Positions 30,425 through 44,445 of a stretch of DNA of 64,000 nt are shown here, piece after piece. Position 1 is the stretch's first letter, and every line of letters begins with the position of its first letter. Under the pieces are notes generated by a model, which was given only the letters and a program-made list of their open reading frames with translations, was not told the DNA's origin and did no database searches. Origin of the DNA: Squalus acanthias (taxonomy: Eukaryota); contig CM059433.1 in NCBI GenBank assembly GCA_030390025.1, positions 25,298,001 to 25,362,000 of the forward strand, given 5' to 3'. The position numbers were made by a program, and so were the translations under genes.

Positions 30425-31400
30425 GCATCATAGAATCACAGAGATTTACAGCACAGAAGGAGGCCATTCGGCCCACCCTGTCTGTGCCGGCCGAAAAAGA
30501 GCTACCCAGCCTAATCCCACTTTCCAGCTCTTGGTCCGTAGCCTTGTAGGTTATGACACTTCAAGTGCATATCCAAGTACTTTTTAAATGCGATGAGGGT
30601 TTCTGCCTCTACCACCCCTTCAGGCAGTGAGTTCCAGACCCCCACCACCCTCTGGGTGAAAAACTTTCTCCTCAACTCCCCTCTAATCTTTCTACTAATT
30701 ACTTTAAATCTATGCCCCCTGGTTATTGACCTCCCTGCTAAGGGAAATAGGTCCTTCCTATCCACTCTATCTAGGCCCCTCATCATTTTATACACTTCAA
30801 TCAAGCCTCCCCTCAGCCTCTTCTGTTCCACAGAAAGCAACCCCAGCCTATCCAATCTTTCCTCATAGCTAAAATTCTCCAGTCCTGGCAACATCCTTGT
30901 AAATCTCCTCTGTACCCTCTCTAGTGCAATCACATCCTTCCTGTAATGTGGTGACCAGAACTGTACGCAATACTCTAGCTGTGGCCTAACTAGTGTTTTA
31001 TACAGTTCTAGCATAACCTCCCTGCTCTTATATTCTATGCCTCGGCTAATAAAGGAAAGTATCCCGTATGTCATCTCAACCACCTTATCTACCTGTCCTG
31101 CTACCTTCAGGGATCTGTGGACATGCTCTCCCAGGTCCCTCTGTTCCTCTACACTTCTCAGTATTCTACCATTTATTGTGTATTCCCTTGCCTTGTTTGC
31201 CCTCCCCAAATGCATTACCTCACACTTCTCCAGATTGAATTCCATTTGCCACTTATCTGCCCACCTGACCAGTCCATTGATATCTTCCTGCAGTCTATAG
31301 CTTTCTTCCTCACTATCAACTACACGGCCAATTTTCGTATCATCTGAAAACTTCTTAATCATGCCCCCTACATTGAAGTCTAAATCATTGATGTCAACCA
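30425..31400 (-). mobile_element. 5'-truncated CR1 LINE (RT C-terminus, 3' UTR, TTCTATGA-type tail)
   Basis: ORF 30511..31401: KFSDDTKIG...WQMEFN...RPQLEYCVQFWSPHY. Confidence 0.93.
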
Positions 31401-33099
31401 CAAAAAAGAGTCACCTAGTCTAATGCCACTCTCCTGCCTGCTCCCTATATCCTTTAATTTTCCATCTCAATCCACATTCTAACTCCGTTTCAAAAGACCT
31501 CACACTAATGGATGATCTCATACACTAGATCCAAGACCTCACACTAATGGCTGATCTCATAGAATCATGCAGTGTTACAGCACAGAAACAGGCTATTTTA
31601 AGGAACACAACTTGTGTGAGTTTGAATATTTGTGGACATGTGGAGCTCTGCCTCCCCAGCTTCACAATGATGTGAGTAGGCAATGAAAGCATGGCTTCCA
31701 CTTCTATCAGTATAATATTAATACTTTTGCCTCTTCTGTTTCTCTACTTTTTCTTTTTCTCACTTCTTTTCCTTCCATTTACCTGTTTATTTCTATTTTT
31801 GTCTTCACATTCTGCCCAGCTGCAGTATAGCTTATTTGAAATAAGAAAGAAAGACTTGCATTTATATAGTGCCTTTCACAACCTCACGATGTCCCAAAGC
31901 GCTTTACAGCCAATGAAGTACAATGCATAGGGATGGCATGATTAGAGGACATGCATATAAAATTGGTAGGCAGAGAGCTAGTTTGGATGCCAGGAAATAT
32001 TTATTTTCATACAGTCATCGCCCTCTGTAACCGACTGTAATGGAATTTACTACTGGCTTTTAAAAGGGAACTTGATAAATTCCTGAGTGGAAAGGACATT
32101 TCCAGTTAAAGAGGATAAGTTGCTAGTTAGCTGTGATTGTGAAGAGCTATGGGCTTGTGACCTTAGGGAGTGATAGAGAAGAATTTCTCACAATTTTTCC
32201 TGAATTGACCGCAAGAGCGTTATCAAACAAACTTTGACACCGAGCAAACATGACGAGATATTAGGACAGGCGACCAAAAGTCTGGAGATCAGCGAACTCA
32301 GCACAGACTAAAGATTTCCCTGATTGGTATGGGTCTGTTCTGGACCAAGCTGTGTATTTGGCATGTGAGCCATTAGAATGTTCCCCGAATGCATCTTGAA
32401 TGTTTCTGACCATCTTTGAATAAAGGAAGGTTCACAGACTGTCGTCTTATACCTGGATAATTATACAAAAAGTTTCCAGCAAATACTGGGCCAAATTGTC
32501 ATTTTTTTCCACAGTATGAGATATCACAAGTTACAGGAGACAAAAGATGTACAGTGGCTTCAGGGTAAAGATTGCTTTGCTTACCGTGGCAAATTTTTAA
32601 TGAATGAGACATTATAGTGATTACGCTAACCATCACTTTTTGATTACCCAGACTGATCTGTTTCAGCATGTTTACATGAGTAGTATTCCCTGCATTTCTC
32701 CTGGTTCTAGTTGGGTCAGTGAATAAAGGCCCTAGATTTTGACTTTGGTCCTCCCTCACGTGGAATGGCAGGGATTAGATGAAAGTTTACCTAATGTTTA
32801 AGCTTTCTAGATCATTGTGGTGTCTTCATGAGACATTGTAAAACCAACAGTAGAAATCAATGTTGGTGATATTAGAAAACACTTAACATGCTTGTATGAT
32901 ATTCCTCTATCATCCATTTCAATCCAGACTTCGATCAGGTTATTTGAATCAAGTTAATACCACTGTTTAAAACAGTGGGTAGTGTAATTTGTTTCAAAAT
33001 TTGTTTCAGTTAAGTGTGACTCAGTCATAAATTTCCTTTGTCTTTGTGACATAAAATAGCTCAGAGATATTTGCATTTTGATGAGGAGTTGTGGTGAGG

Positions 33100-33600
33100 G
33101 GAGGGTGGGAAAGCAAGAGGTGCATGCCAGAAGGAGGATAACGCATGAGAATACCAGCATCTTGTATCCTTTCTGCCCCAACGCTGGCCAAGGGCTCAGC
33201 CATGCCCCTGCCAAGAATGGCCTGCACCGTCTCATCCAAGGGGGTGAGGTGAGGCTAGGAATGGAAGATGTGCCTCGTGATTGGTACAGATTGTTGGTAG
33301 GTGAGTGATTGTGGGGGGTGGGGTGGATGAGTTGTGCATTGAGCAGTGTGTGAGGCTAGTGGTGCAGTTGGTAGGAGACGGCTTTTGAAGATGCATTCAC
33401 TGACCCGTGACCAGTGGTCTGAGGTCATGAAGCTTCTTTGGGCACTGGAGCTAGGTGGTGGGGGTGACACTGCTGGCAGTGACAGCCTCGGTAGCAAATA
33501 TGGTCCCATCTGGAGGGTCTTTTGGCCCCTGTGGGTAGAGGACCTTTCTTGCAGTGTTGATCCTTTGCACAAAGCTGGAGACCCTGGGGTGCCCCTTCCC
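33100..33600 (-). mobile_element. Decayed Harbinger Myb/SANT-like ORF fragment
   Basis: Resembles by eye the Myb-like fragments at 36.6 kb and 45.4 kb. Frameshifted. Confidence 0.4.
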
Positions 33601-34426
33601 TAGATTGCTGAGCCATTTGTGTTAGTGCTGAAGCAATTTTCCCATTTTGTGAGATTTGGAAGGGAATTCAGCTTTAACAGCTGAAGACTCCCATTTGGGA
33701 CTTCTTTTCAATGTTAATTTTTTTTAAAAAGGCAGTAAGGGCTGAAAACTGAATTTTTTTCACTGCATTTTAATTTTTATTAGTTCAGAAGGCATTTTAA
33801 TGCATTGCCCTTTTAATTTCCCACAATGCCTCGCGAACTCTATAGCCTCGCTCCCAGAGGCTGTTGGAAGCTGGAACGCCGCTCCTGGATGGGAACTTCG
33901 ACTTCCATGCCTGCAGTAATGCCACCAGGAGAGTGTTACATGGTAAGTTAGCGTGGGGCTAAAAATCTTTAGCCCCCCCCAGCGTGAATTTTTCTCCAGT
34001 AGTGCTTCGTCCATTTTCAGCGGCAACCCTCGTGGCGGCCACAAATTTTCCCCCCAATAACTTTTGGTTGGTGCTTCAAGCGCCTCCATTCCTTTGACCA
34101 CTGCTCGCCCAGGTGCAGCCCAGTCATTCATGTCCTTTTTTCCTTAATATTAAGTCATTGTGGTGTTGTTATAAATTGTTGAATGTAGTGATAGATGGTG
34201 TATAGGCCAAGTTGTGCGGTTTGGAATGTTTGCTGTTCTGTAGTCTTGCAATGTATCATAGCCAGTATATTATATCATACCCATCATCCTTGAGACCGTC
34301 TTCTTCTATTCAGTAATCAAAGATAACAAGGACTGCCTGTGACACTCTTTGCCTTTTCTGAGGATGCAGTCGTTTGTCATTGAGGTGCTATCACTTCCCC
34401 ATTATTTGAAAGCTACATAAAAATTA

Positions 34427-34545
34427 CGAAGGTCATCGACCTGAAACGTTAACTCTGTTTCTCTCTCCACAGATGCTGCCTGACCTGCTGAGTATTTCCA
34501 GCATTTTTTGTTTTTATTTCAGATTTCCAGCATCCGCAGTATTTC
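34427..34545 (+). repeat. Penelope-like terminal repeat fragment
   Basis: AGGTCATCGACCTGAAACGTTAAC...GATGCTGCCTGACCTGCTGAG; same unit as 58558-58690. Confidence 0.6.
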
Positions 34546-35417
34546 GCAATTGTACAAAAAATCGTAGTCACACAGCATTTCGGGATGACTGCATACTTTT
34601 ATTGGAGCAGCAACTTTTCAAGATTACAGGACAAAACCGATGTGAACAGGTTGTATGTTTATTGAGTATCTGTGCTGGGAATCTTTTCATCACTTTTTGT
34701 GAGGGGTTACCGACAGATTTAGTTTTTTTTTAGAAATCCCCATTGTGTTAAAGTATTATATAAATGTGTACAATAAAATAGATCTGGCTTTGCACCATTT
34801 AAAAGCTTGTCATGCTTCAGACTATGCGCTATCAAAATACAATCAGGTGATTGAGAAGTGTGAAAAAAACTATTAAGCACAATTATGGCTGAAACTGCCT
34901 TAATTTATAGTTAATTTATGATACGCATAGCAATTCATTAAACACATTAAAAACACATAAATAACACTACAGAAAATGAAACTATTGGTGCATTTGTATA
35001 TTTACCAAGGCACAGGTATTGATAAAAGTGTCTTTGATTTTGGGCATTTGCCGTTGACGTTTAGGACCTGCATTCCTGATTTTCAGCTATGATTTCTAAA
35101 CTCACCTAAATGAACAGTTCACTTCCCATTATATTCGGAGGAAATTAATCTTCAAAAAGGAATTTAAAGACATCTTTGCCACGGTCATGTAGCATGTCAC
35201 TGAAACGGAGTCACAGTAAATTAGGCGTAACAAGGAAAAAAGGACATGAATAACTGGGCTGTCTTCACTTATCTTACTTGAAAGCTACTGTGTGCATAGT
35301 CTTGCAGTTTGCCTAAGGTAGAAAATAACTTGCTTAAGGATGGTAAGTGAGTGGGAGTTTTCTATGCTGCTTTCACAAGACATTCTTTCCTAATCATTCT
35401 AATAAAGCTGAAACAGC

Positions 35418-35875
35418 AAAGAAAGACTTGTATTTATATCGTGCCTTTCACAATCTCAGGATGTCCCAAAGCGCTTTACAGCCAATTAAGTAGTTTTGAA
35501 GTGTGATAACTATAATAATATAGGAGACATGGCAGCCAATTTGTGCAAATAAGATCCCGCAAACAGCAATGTGATAATGACCAGGTAATGACCTGTTTTC
35601 ATGATGTTGGGGGATAAATATTGGCCAGGACACCAGGGAGAACTCTCCTGCTCTTCTTCAAAATAGTGCCATGGGATCTTTAACATCCACCTGAGAGGAC
35701 AGAAGGGGCCTCGGTTTAACGTCTTATCCGAAAGACGGCACCTCCGACAGTGCAGCGCTCCCTCAGCACTGCACTGGAGTGTCAGCCGAGATTTTGTGCT
35801 GAAGTCTCTGGAGTGGGACTTGAACCCACAACCTTCTGACTCAGAGGTGAGAGTGTTACCAAGTGATCCACAGCT
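35418..35875 (-). mobile_element. tRNA-derived DeuSINE-like SINE with L2-type tail
   Basis: B-box GGTTCAAGTCC in the head. Central GGTGCCGTCTTTCGGAT.AGACGTTAAACCGAGG resembles the Deu domain as I recall it. Tail fragments also at ~30320 and ~31845; head fragment at ~48920-49015. Confidence 0.7.
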
Positions 35876-36229
35876 CTCTCCAATTAAAAAAAAAATTCTC
35901 CCTAGTATGTTAAATATGGATTCTGTTTCCTCTTGGTATTTAAGAGGACAGCCGGGGGCTCAGACCCCGGTAGCTCGGTACTGCATCCTTCCTTGGGACA
36001 CTGTAGCAGAACTAGATCCTACTTATGTGAGAGCATAGGGAAAAAATGGAACATATTCCAACTTTATAATGACAGCTTCAGATCATTCTTGGATAGGTGG
36101 ATAACTGCAGAGCTTAACATTCAGCTCTCAAAAAGACTACAGGAGCTGAACGGCATTTTAGAGGCTAGTGCTTCAACTAATGCCCTCTCCTAACAGCGAC
36201 CAACTGTTTGGGAGTAATCAAGGTGCTGA

Positions 36230-36800
36230 TGTCGATTTCAAGTGCTACTTAAAGGGATATGCACCACTTAAAGGGACGCTCACCTTTTAATGTTCACTTG
36301 CTGCTGGAGCTGTGAAGAGGATCTCTGAAATACATTGGGAGACTTTCTGGGGCACTTTGTCAAGACTTCACCAACACTTGAGCAACATTTATTCAGGAAA
36401 TTCTCTGAGGACTTCACCTAAAAAGAGTGAGTGCCGTGCTACTCCACCTTATTGGATACCTTATAGGAGTCACCAGGAGAAAGGAATGCTTGGTCATGGG
36501 CATCTTGCTAGGGGTCCCCCTTGGTCTGGACGAGGAATGGGAGGAGAACATGAGAGCAGCACCAGCTGCTGCAGGAGAGAGGGACAGGAGGGCGAGGTGG
36601 ACTCCTTTCCTGCCCACCCCGCACCCCCCTGGTACAGGACATCCCTCCTCCTCTGGACCTCCTCCACCAGGACCTCCAGTGCCGTGTTTGAGAACCTGTG
36701 CGCCCTCTCCCTCGGTCCCTTAGCCATCCTGCAACGTGCCACTGTGTGCCAGCCAGAGCACGCCACACTGTCAGTGGAAGTAGGTGCGAGGAGCCCACAT
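36230..36800. mobile_element. Harbinger remnant (Myb/SANT-like ORF start on minus strand)
   Basis: RERAHRFSNTALEVLVEEVQRRRDVLY resembles the N-terminus of Harbinger-associated Myb/SANT-like proteins. Confidence 0.65.
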
Positions 36801-37077
36801 ATACTGCTCCATGAAAATTGCGTCTAATCAGCACTTGAGAGCTAAACCTGCAGATGTCTGTTTAGTATCTCTATGCAAATTCAAATTATGGTAATCAGCA
36901 ATTAAGACCACAATTGTGTGCTAAATTGAGACTTTCAAACAGGCGTGTCTTATTAGCACTGCACCCATTTAGCACCTGTTTTCACCCTTTGGCCAAAATA
37001 ACCCCCTACAAATCCAAAAGCCACCAAGGAAATATTTCACATAACTAAAAAAAACAAATGCACAACAGTAAGATATT

Positions 37078-38474
37078 GGCCCAGAATTTGCAGTCAGCAG
37101 TGAAGCAATGGCGCTCGCCGCTGACCTCAAAGAAAGCGGCTCACAAAGATTTTGCGATTTCTGTGGTGTGAATTTCAGCTCTTGGACCTTAGTATTTGGA
37201 TCTGGTGCCAAATCAAGCGAATCTCCAGCGTTCAGCATCAGAGATGTCATTGAGCAGGCTGAGCAGCCAATCACATTGAAGAATTCTCACAGACAGCAAA
37301 CCAGGAAGTAAAATGCACAGATTCTAATTTACTTTTTATAAATTTTATAGACAGCGAAATAAAGATTGGGACATACACATAGGACTAAGGTAAAACCTGA
37401 AATATCATAAACAAACTTTAAAAAAACAATTATTGGGCCGGATTTTCCGACCTCCACCCGTAGGGGCCTCGCATGCACTGAAAACTGGCACTTGCGATCT
37501 GTCAAGAATTTCCTTGACAGATCATCCACCTGCCCGGGAAAAGGGCCTCTGTGAGTGGAGAGTTGCGCTTTTTGCACAACTTCTGCCCGCTGAAAGGCCA
37601 TAGAATTCTTATGCCTTAAGAGTGTTGAAAAATAGAAAAATTAAATTTGATAACTCATTTATAAATTAAAAATACTCTTCAAAATGATAAGTTTATTTTT
37701 CAGCTCCGTAAAAACATTTAATTTTTTTCCAATTTTTTAAATTACATTGAATTTTAATTATGTAATATTTAAAAAAAAATTATGTAATGTTTTAGTGTGT
37801 TTTTAAATGTGATCCCCATTCATACCTTTGACAGTTCTGTGCGTACAGACCTGTCAACAGTATGAAGGGAGATTCCCTTCTTTGATTGGTTCGCCTGGCC
37901 CACGTGATCCCAGGGGCACTTGCGAACCGCATGCGCATTTCCAACAGGAGAGGCCCAGGATCGGAAGCCTCGGGATCTACGGAACCAGCAGGTGGGTTCG
38001 TAGATTTTTTTCCGATCGGAGGCATCCGCCTGCAGGAAGCCTCCGATTGGAAATTCAGGGCCATTGTTTTAAAAAGCATGTAATTCTTAATCATATTAAT
38101 GGAAAAATTTGACATTCCACAAATATAAAATTAGTTTTTCAGGGCCAGAATGTTTGTTCAGCAGTAATAGGCTATTAAAAACCCAGTTACACCCCTTTCA
38201 ACAAGGCTTAACTTTTTCGGGGTGGGGGTGGGGCGGGTTTAACAGCGATATTCCAGCGTCAAGGGGAAGTTTGTGTTCTTCAGTGTGATTTGAATTGATT
38301 GCCGGCTCTGGAAATTCCACAGCGCAACCAGTGGCGGAGCAGGAAAATGACTGACCGCAACTTCTGGATTTCCGTGTTTATCAGCACATGCGCTGAGGTT
38401 GCGGCCTGTTTCAGAGGGGTAATGACGGCAAACACTAACAGTGTCGCCATCGTGACCACCGCAAAATCCCAGCC
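37078..38474. mobile_element. Nested Harbinger-type MITEs (inner copy ~37435-38062)
   Basis: Imperfect GGCC...ATTT termini for both the outer and inner elements. Inner copy flanked by ATT/ATT. Confidence 0.55.
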
Positions 38475-39069
38475 TTTGTTGCAAACCATTATAAGTGAAG
38501 CTGGGCATAGCCTGTTGGTGTAATCAACCTGCTCAAAATACTAAAGCGAAACAAGGGGCCTTCTCTCACAGTTCCAGAATGTGACTGTTAAGAGTGCCGA
38601 AAATCCTCTGAGGGTCTGAATAGAAAAGTTATGGGGCTGCACTGAATTCTTCTGTATGGCTTTCTGTATGGCAGCCGATTTGCTGCCTTCTCCCCCACCC
38701 AAAGTAAAACTGCTTTTACTCTGCCCCAATAGAGTGCCCTAACTCTTAGTTTACTTAAGTTGTACTTTTCAATTCCTACAGTAGCTTATCTGAGTAACAA
38801 GCTAATTTAGAATCAGTTTTCATCTGTGTGGCGAACCTTAGGGGAAACGTTGGTCCACAGGTTTCCTGGGCTTCCTGAAACCCGCCTGTGAAACCAAGGC
38901 AAGTACATAGCGGCAACTGAGGGGGCTGAAGCAATCTCAGGCAAAGATACCCATAAATACTCAGTACTCACAGCTGCTTTCTTACCTGCTAGTGGGAAAG
39001 GGTTTGTTCACTGAACTTTTGCTGAGAGGTTGCTTTGTACCCTTTGGAGGTTTGCTCTATCACATCAGG

Positions 39070-40230
39070 ATGGGTGCCGCTTATGCTGCCTTAGATTGGA
39101 CCTCAGCTGTGGACCAAGATGACACACAAAAGCACCAGCAACAGCCTGCTGCTCACAGACCTGTAGCTGCACAGCAGAGAGAGGAACAGCAGAGAGAGGA
39201 CCAGCAGAGAGGGGACCAGCTAAGAGGGGACGAGCAGAGAGGTGCAGCTCACAGGAGGCACTAACCACGAAACAGGGTCTACAGGAAGAGGATCAGTTTC
39301 CTTGACATGTATGACCACCAGTGTCTCAGGAGGCTCAGGATGTCACGTAAGGTGGTGTCAGACATCGACAGCCTCCTAGAAGAAGACCTGCTGCCAGCTG
39401 GACCTGGTGGCCACGCGTTACCAGTGGCTGTCAAAGTTACCACCGCCCTCAACTTGTTTGCCTTCGGATCTGTCCAGGACTCTGCCACAGACATGTGAAG
39501 GATCGCCCAGTTGGCCATGCACAAATGCATAAGACGGATTAATGATGTGTTGCTTGCAAGGACTGGCAATTATGTTAACTTTGCCACCGATGATGCCAGT
39601 CTGGCTGGCTTCCCACTGGTGTAGGATGCCATCAACTGCACACACGTGGCACTCCGGGCACCCCCAGAACAATCAGGAGTATTCGTCAACCACAAGGACT
39701 TCCACTCCATCAATGTGCAGCTGGTGTGCAACCACAAAAAGATCTTTATGCAGGTGTACGCAAGATTCCTAGGCAGCTATACTGATGCTTTCATCCTGTG
39801 ACAGTCCAAGTTCCCTGATCTATTCACACCTGGAAGCTGCGAGGTGACAAGGGATACCCACTGCAAACGTGGCTCATGGCGCCCATCAGAAACTCGACCA
39901 CTGAAACCCAACAGCGCTACAATGAATGCTATATCACCACCAGATGTGTGATTGAACAGGGAATCGGCATGCTGAAGATACGCTTCAGGTGCCTGGACAG
40001 ATCTGGAGGTGCCCTTCAGTACGCACCAGCAAGCGTCTCCAGAATGGTTGTGGTTTATGATGCTCTGCACAATATTAAGCAACAACGAGGCTTGAACCAG
40101 CATGAGGAGCAAGGCGAAGAGCACAGATCCTCCTCGGACAATTCAGAGGGGAGGAGGAAGAAGAGGAGGAGGAGGGTGATGAGGACATTGCACCCCCAAC
40201 TGCTCACATTGCTGCCTGACGCGCTGTCAA
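39070..40230 (+). pseudogene. Decayed PIF/Harbinger (HARBI1-like) transposase
   Basis: QCLRRLRMSR...ALPVAVKVTTALN.FA.GS...HSINVQLVC...DKGYP...IEQGIGMLKIRFRCLD. Confidence 0.9.
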
Positions 40231-40654
40231 TTTTGCCAGTTTTAACCCCCCACCCGGGATGCCGGAGATGCCCTTATTAATGCAAGGTTCACTTAGGTTG
40301 CACCAGTGCATCCATGTCACCAGAAAATGCAACGGCCACTCTTCCCCCTCCTCCTCCCCCAGCAATGCCACTGACACAAAGTAGTCCTGCATGCAACCAA
40401 CCAGCCCTTCAACATCCCCCCATTGGTTCCCATGAATTCATGTCCTCACATTCATCATCAAAGAGGTTAGAAGGCCACTTACCACCAAGTACCCAAGAAT
40501 GGACAAGACGGGAAAGTGGTGAAAAGAATAACATTTATGTGATCTGAATAAATAAAAACTTAGCGAAACAAAATTTTCTCAACACCCATGTGCAACTACA
40601 AAGCCTCACTCTTCCTTTTTCTGCTACTCCTACATGGTGCAACCTGTGTGGCTT

Positions 40655-41571
40655 CAACAAAGCTGGGTGGGAATGTAAGCTGCGAGGAGGATGCAAGGAG
40701 GCTTCAAGGGGATACAGACAGGCTAAATGAGTGGGCAAGAATATGGCAAATGGAATATAATGTGGAGAAATGTGAAGTTATCCACTTTGGTAGGAAAAAC
40801 AGAAAAGCAGAGTTTTTTTTAAATGGTGAGAGATTGGGAAATGTTGGTGTTCAGAGGGACCTGGGTGTCCTTGTAAATGAATCACTGGAAGTTAACATGC
40901 AGGTACAGCGAGCAATTAGGAAAGAAAATGGTATGTTGGCCTTTATTACAAGAGGATTTGAGTATAAGAGTAAAGACGTCTTACTGCAATTATATAGGGT
41001 CCTGGTGAGACCACACCTGGAGTATTGTGTACAGTTTTGGTCTCCTTACCGAAGGAAGGATATACTTGCCATCGAGGGAGTGCAGCAAAGGTTCACCAGA
41101 CTGGTTCCTCGGATGGGGGGATTTTCCGATGAGGAGAGATTGAGTAGACTAGGCCTATATTCTCTAGAGTTTAGAAGAATGAGAGGTGATCTCATTGAAA
41201 CATACAAAATTCTTCAGGGCTTGACAGGGTAGAGGCAGGGAGGCTGTTTCCCCTGGCTGGGGAGTCTAGAACCAGCGTTCACAGTCTCAGAATAAGGGGT
41301 CGGCCATTTAGGACTGAGATGAGGAGAAATTTCTTCACTCAGAGGGTGGTGAATCTTTGGAATTCTCTACCCCGGAGGACTGTGGAGGTTCAGTCGTTGA
41401 GTATATTCAAGACAGAGATCGATAGATTTTTGAATATTAAGGGAATCAAGGGATATGGGGATAGTGTAGGAAAGTGGAGATGAGGTAGAAGATCAGCCAT
41501 GATCTTATTGAATGACGGAGCAGGTTCGAAGGGCCAAATAGCCTACTCCTGCTCCTATTTCTTATGTTCTT
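40655..41571 (+). mobile_element. 5'-truncated CR1 LINE inserted in the Harbinger element
   Basis: WARIWQMEYN...RPHLEYCVQFWSPY; tail TTCTTATGTTCTT. Confidence 0.92.
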
Positions 41572-41574
41572 AGG

Positions 41575-42420
41575 TAGAGGCAGGCTGCTCAGGTTCCTGC
41601 TCTGACTACTGAGATGCTCTTGGTCGACGTCCTCTGGGTTTTGGAGCCCATGAGGGCCCCACCAAAGACGGCACTACCTCGGCCATCGGAAGACGAGGCA
41701 GCATGGGGGGAACTGACTGAGAGGAGGGCTGTGGGTGAGAAGGCATTTCCATGACCTCTTTTGCCATCATTCTTCTCATGGCCCAGCCGCATGTCACTGC
41801 TACCACTGTGCTGGAGAACTCTTTGGTGCAGATCAGTGTGGCCCTGTAAGGCCAAGGCTAAGGTATCTGCCAACTTATTTAAGGTGTCTGACATGTTGGC
41901 ATCCAGAGTCTGCACGGTGGTGTTGAAGGTGTGCATGGACTCAATTGATTGGAGCGTATGGTGGTCCATGGCGTTGGCCACTCTATCCATGGAGGACATC
42001 ACCTCAGTGGCCTGTGACATCAACCCCCTCATGCTTGAGGTGGACTCCGCCAAACTCTCTGCAATCGTGGTGAGTCCACTTTAAAGGCCTGTCAGTGCAT
42101 CGCACATTGTCTGCTGCTGCTCACTGATTCTCCTCTTCATCGACGGCCCCTGGGGTACAGAATCTGTGTCCAGCTGAGCAGAGCTTGGAGAGGGCTGCGT
42201 CCTCCGGCGAGGACTCTCCACTGCTGTCCCAGTATGCACCATCTGCTCTTACTCACTTATCTGCCATACTGGTCCCACCGAAGTGTGAGTATCTGAGCTG
42301 GCGCATGGTCTGAAAGAGTCCTGTGACAGTGAACCCTCATAAGGACTCAGCTCCTCTGAGGAATCGTCATCGGCGGCCTCCACCGACTGCTGCTGCACGT
42401 GTGAAGGCTCTGTGGGAGAT
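41575..42420 (-). pseudogene. Probable C-terminal part of the Harbinger second (Myb-associated) ORF, convergent with the transposase
   Basis: Helical M/S/T-rich ORF 41589..42053 facing the transposase, as expected for two-gene Harbinger elements. Confidence 0.45.
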
Positions 42421-42549
42421 AAAAAACATGAATTAGTCCTGGCAAGGTAAGAATATGTTACAAGTTATCATTATGAAGATGATCATATTTCACTCGTTGT
42501 TGAAATCAAGTCAACATGACTGAGTGCCATATGACATGCGGGTGGCTTT

Positions 42550-43319
42550 TATTTAATTGTGTCGCCAGGTAGCTGGGAGCTCCCAACCTGCCTCCATGCA
42601 TTCTTCCCAGGAGGCGGGTAGCCGACCCACGCTGGGTCCCGTCTCAAGGAGGCGGGAAGGGGATTACAGCTACTTAACTGCCTGTTAACAGGCAGTTAAG
42701 AGGATTATCCCCATTTTACCAACAGAAGCGTGGGTTTCCCAATGTTGGGAAACCCCGCCAAGGTCACCGAGGTGAGCAGTGGGTCTGCGGGGGTCAGAGG
42801 GGTGCAAAGGTGCGCTGTGAAGGTAAGTGATGGGTGCAAGTGTGGAGAGGTAAGCATGTGAGGTGAGTGGAAAGTGATAGAAAATGTTTACTTACCTTTG
42901 TTTCTTCCTGCAGGCTTCAACAGTTGGGGATGCAGAGAGTCTCGCATCTCACCGGCAGAGATGACAGATGGCTGCTGCATTCTCCGATGCAACAAACATC
43001 TAATTTCTGCTCACAAAAGAGATTTGATGAGTCTTGAATACAAGGACTCATCAAACAACATAGAATGTCAGTGTTTGACAGCTTCACAGAGCTGTCAAAC
43101 AATGACAATTCATCTGTCAAAAATTTGATGAAACGTCATACGCTGACATTCTCTGCAACCAGCTTCCCCTTAATTGGCCTGCTAAGCCCACTGGGCAGGC
43201 TTAACAAGGTCAATCAAGGGTAAATAGTGTGGGTTGGCCACAAGTCGATGGAGGCGGGACTGAAAACCGACAAGCAGCAGTCCTGCCTCCAACACGCCCC
43301 CATTGACAAAATCACCCCT
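42550..43319. mobile_element. Partial Harbinger-type MITE related to 4601-5435
   Basis: Shares the AACTGCCTGTTAACAGGCAGTT palindrome and the TTTGACAGCT...AGCTGTCAAA hairpin. Ends AAAATCACCCC. Confidence 0.75.
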
Positions 43320-44445
43320 AAAGTATTTGTTTAATTTCTCTGCTTTTTCCTTATTCCCCATTATAATTTCTCCTGTCTCAGCCTGTAAGGGACTCATGTT
43401 TACTTTTGCTAATCTTTTCCATTTTACATATCTATAGAAGCTTTTACAGTCTGTTTTTATGTCTCTCACTAGTTTACTCTCATTCTACTTTCCATTTCTT
43501 TATCAATTTCTTGGTCCTCCTTTGCTGAATTCTAAAATCCTCCCAATCCTCAGGCATACTGCTTTTTTTGGCAACATTATAAACCTCTTCCTTTGATTTA
43601 GTACTATCTTTAACTTCTCTTGTTAACCATGGTTGGACCACTTTTCCTGTGGGGGTTTTGTGCCTTAAAGGAATGTATATTTCTTTAAAATTATGTATTA
43701 ATTCTTTAAATGCTAGCCATTGCTTGTCTACCATCATACCTTTTAATGTAGTTTCCCAATCTACCTTAACCAACTCACCCCTCATACCTATGTAGTTTGC
43801 TTTGTTTAGATTTAAGACCCTAGTTTCAGATTTAACTAAAACACTTTCAAACTTATTATAAAATTCTATCATATTATGGTCACTCTTCCCTACGGGCCGC
43901 TTTACTATAAGGTTATTAATTAACCTTTTCTCATTGCACAATACTAGATCTAAAATAGCCTGTTCCCTAGTTGGTTCCTCAACTTACTGATCTAGAAAAC
44001 AATCTTGTATACATTCCATGAATTCGTCCTCCACACTATTACTGCAAATTTGGTTTGCCCAGTCTATATGTAAATTAAAGTCCCACATGATTACTGTATT
44101 ACCCTTGTTACATGGGTCTCTAATTTCCTGATTTATACTCTGCCCTACATTACAACTATTGTTTAGAGGTCTATAAACAACTCCCACCAATGTTTTCTGC
44201 CCCTTGCTGTTTCTAGCTCCACCCAAACTGATTCTACTTCTTGATTTTCAGAGCTAAGATCCTTTCTCTCTACAGTCTTTATCCCATCCTTTATTGTCAG
44301 GGCTACCACTCCTCCTTTTCCATTTAGCCTATCTCTTCCAAAAGTTAAGTATCCTGGAATATTTAGTTCCCAACCATGGCCACTTTGCAACCATGTCTCC
44401 GTTATGGCTATTAGATCAAACCTATTAATTTCTATCTCTGCTACT
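43320..44445 (-). mobile_element. CR1 ORF2 endonuclease-region fragment
   Basis: WELNIPGY...KGGVVAL...GVVYRP...DFNLHIDW...GKSDHNMIEF. Confidence 0.9.

Noticed and set aside
35800..35875. tRNA gene
   Set aside because: A/B-box-like sequence is a SINE head continuing into SINE body, with no full cloverleaf. The same applies at 49868 and 59545.
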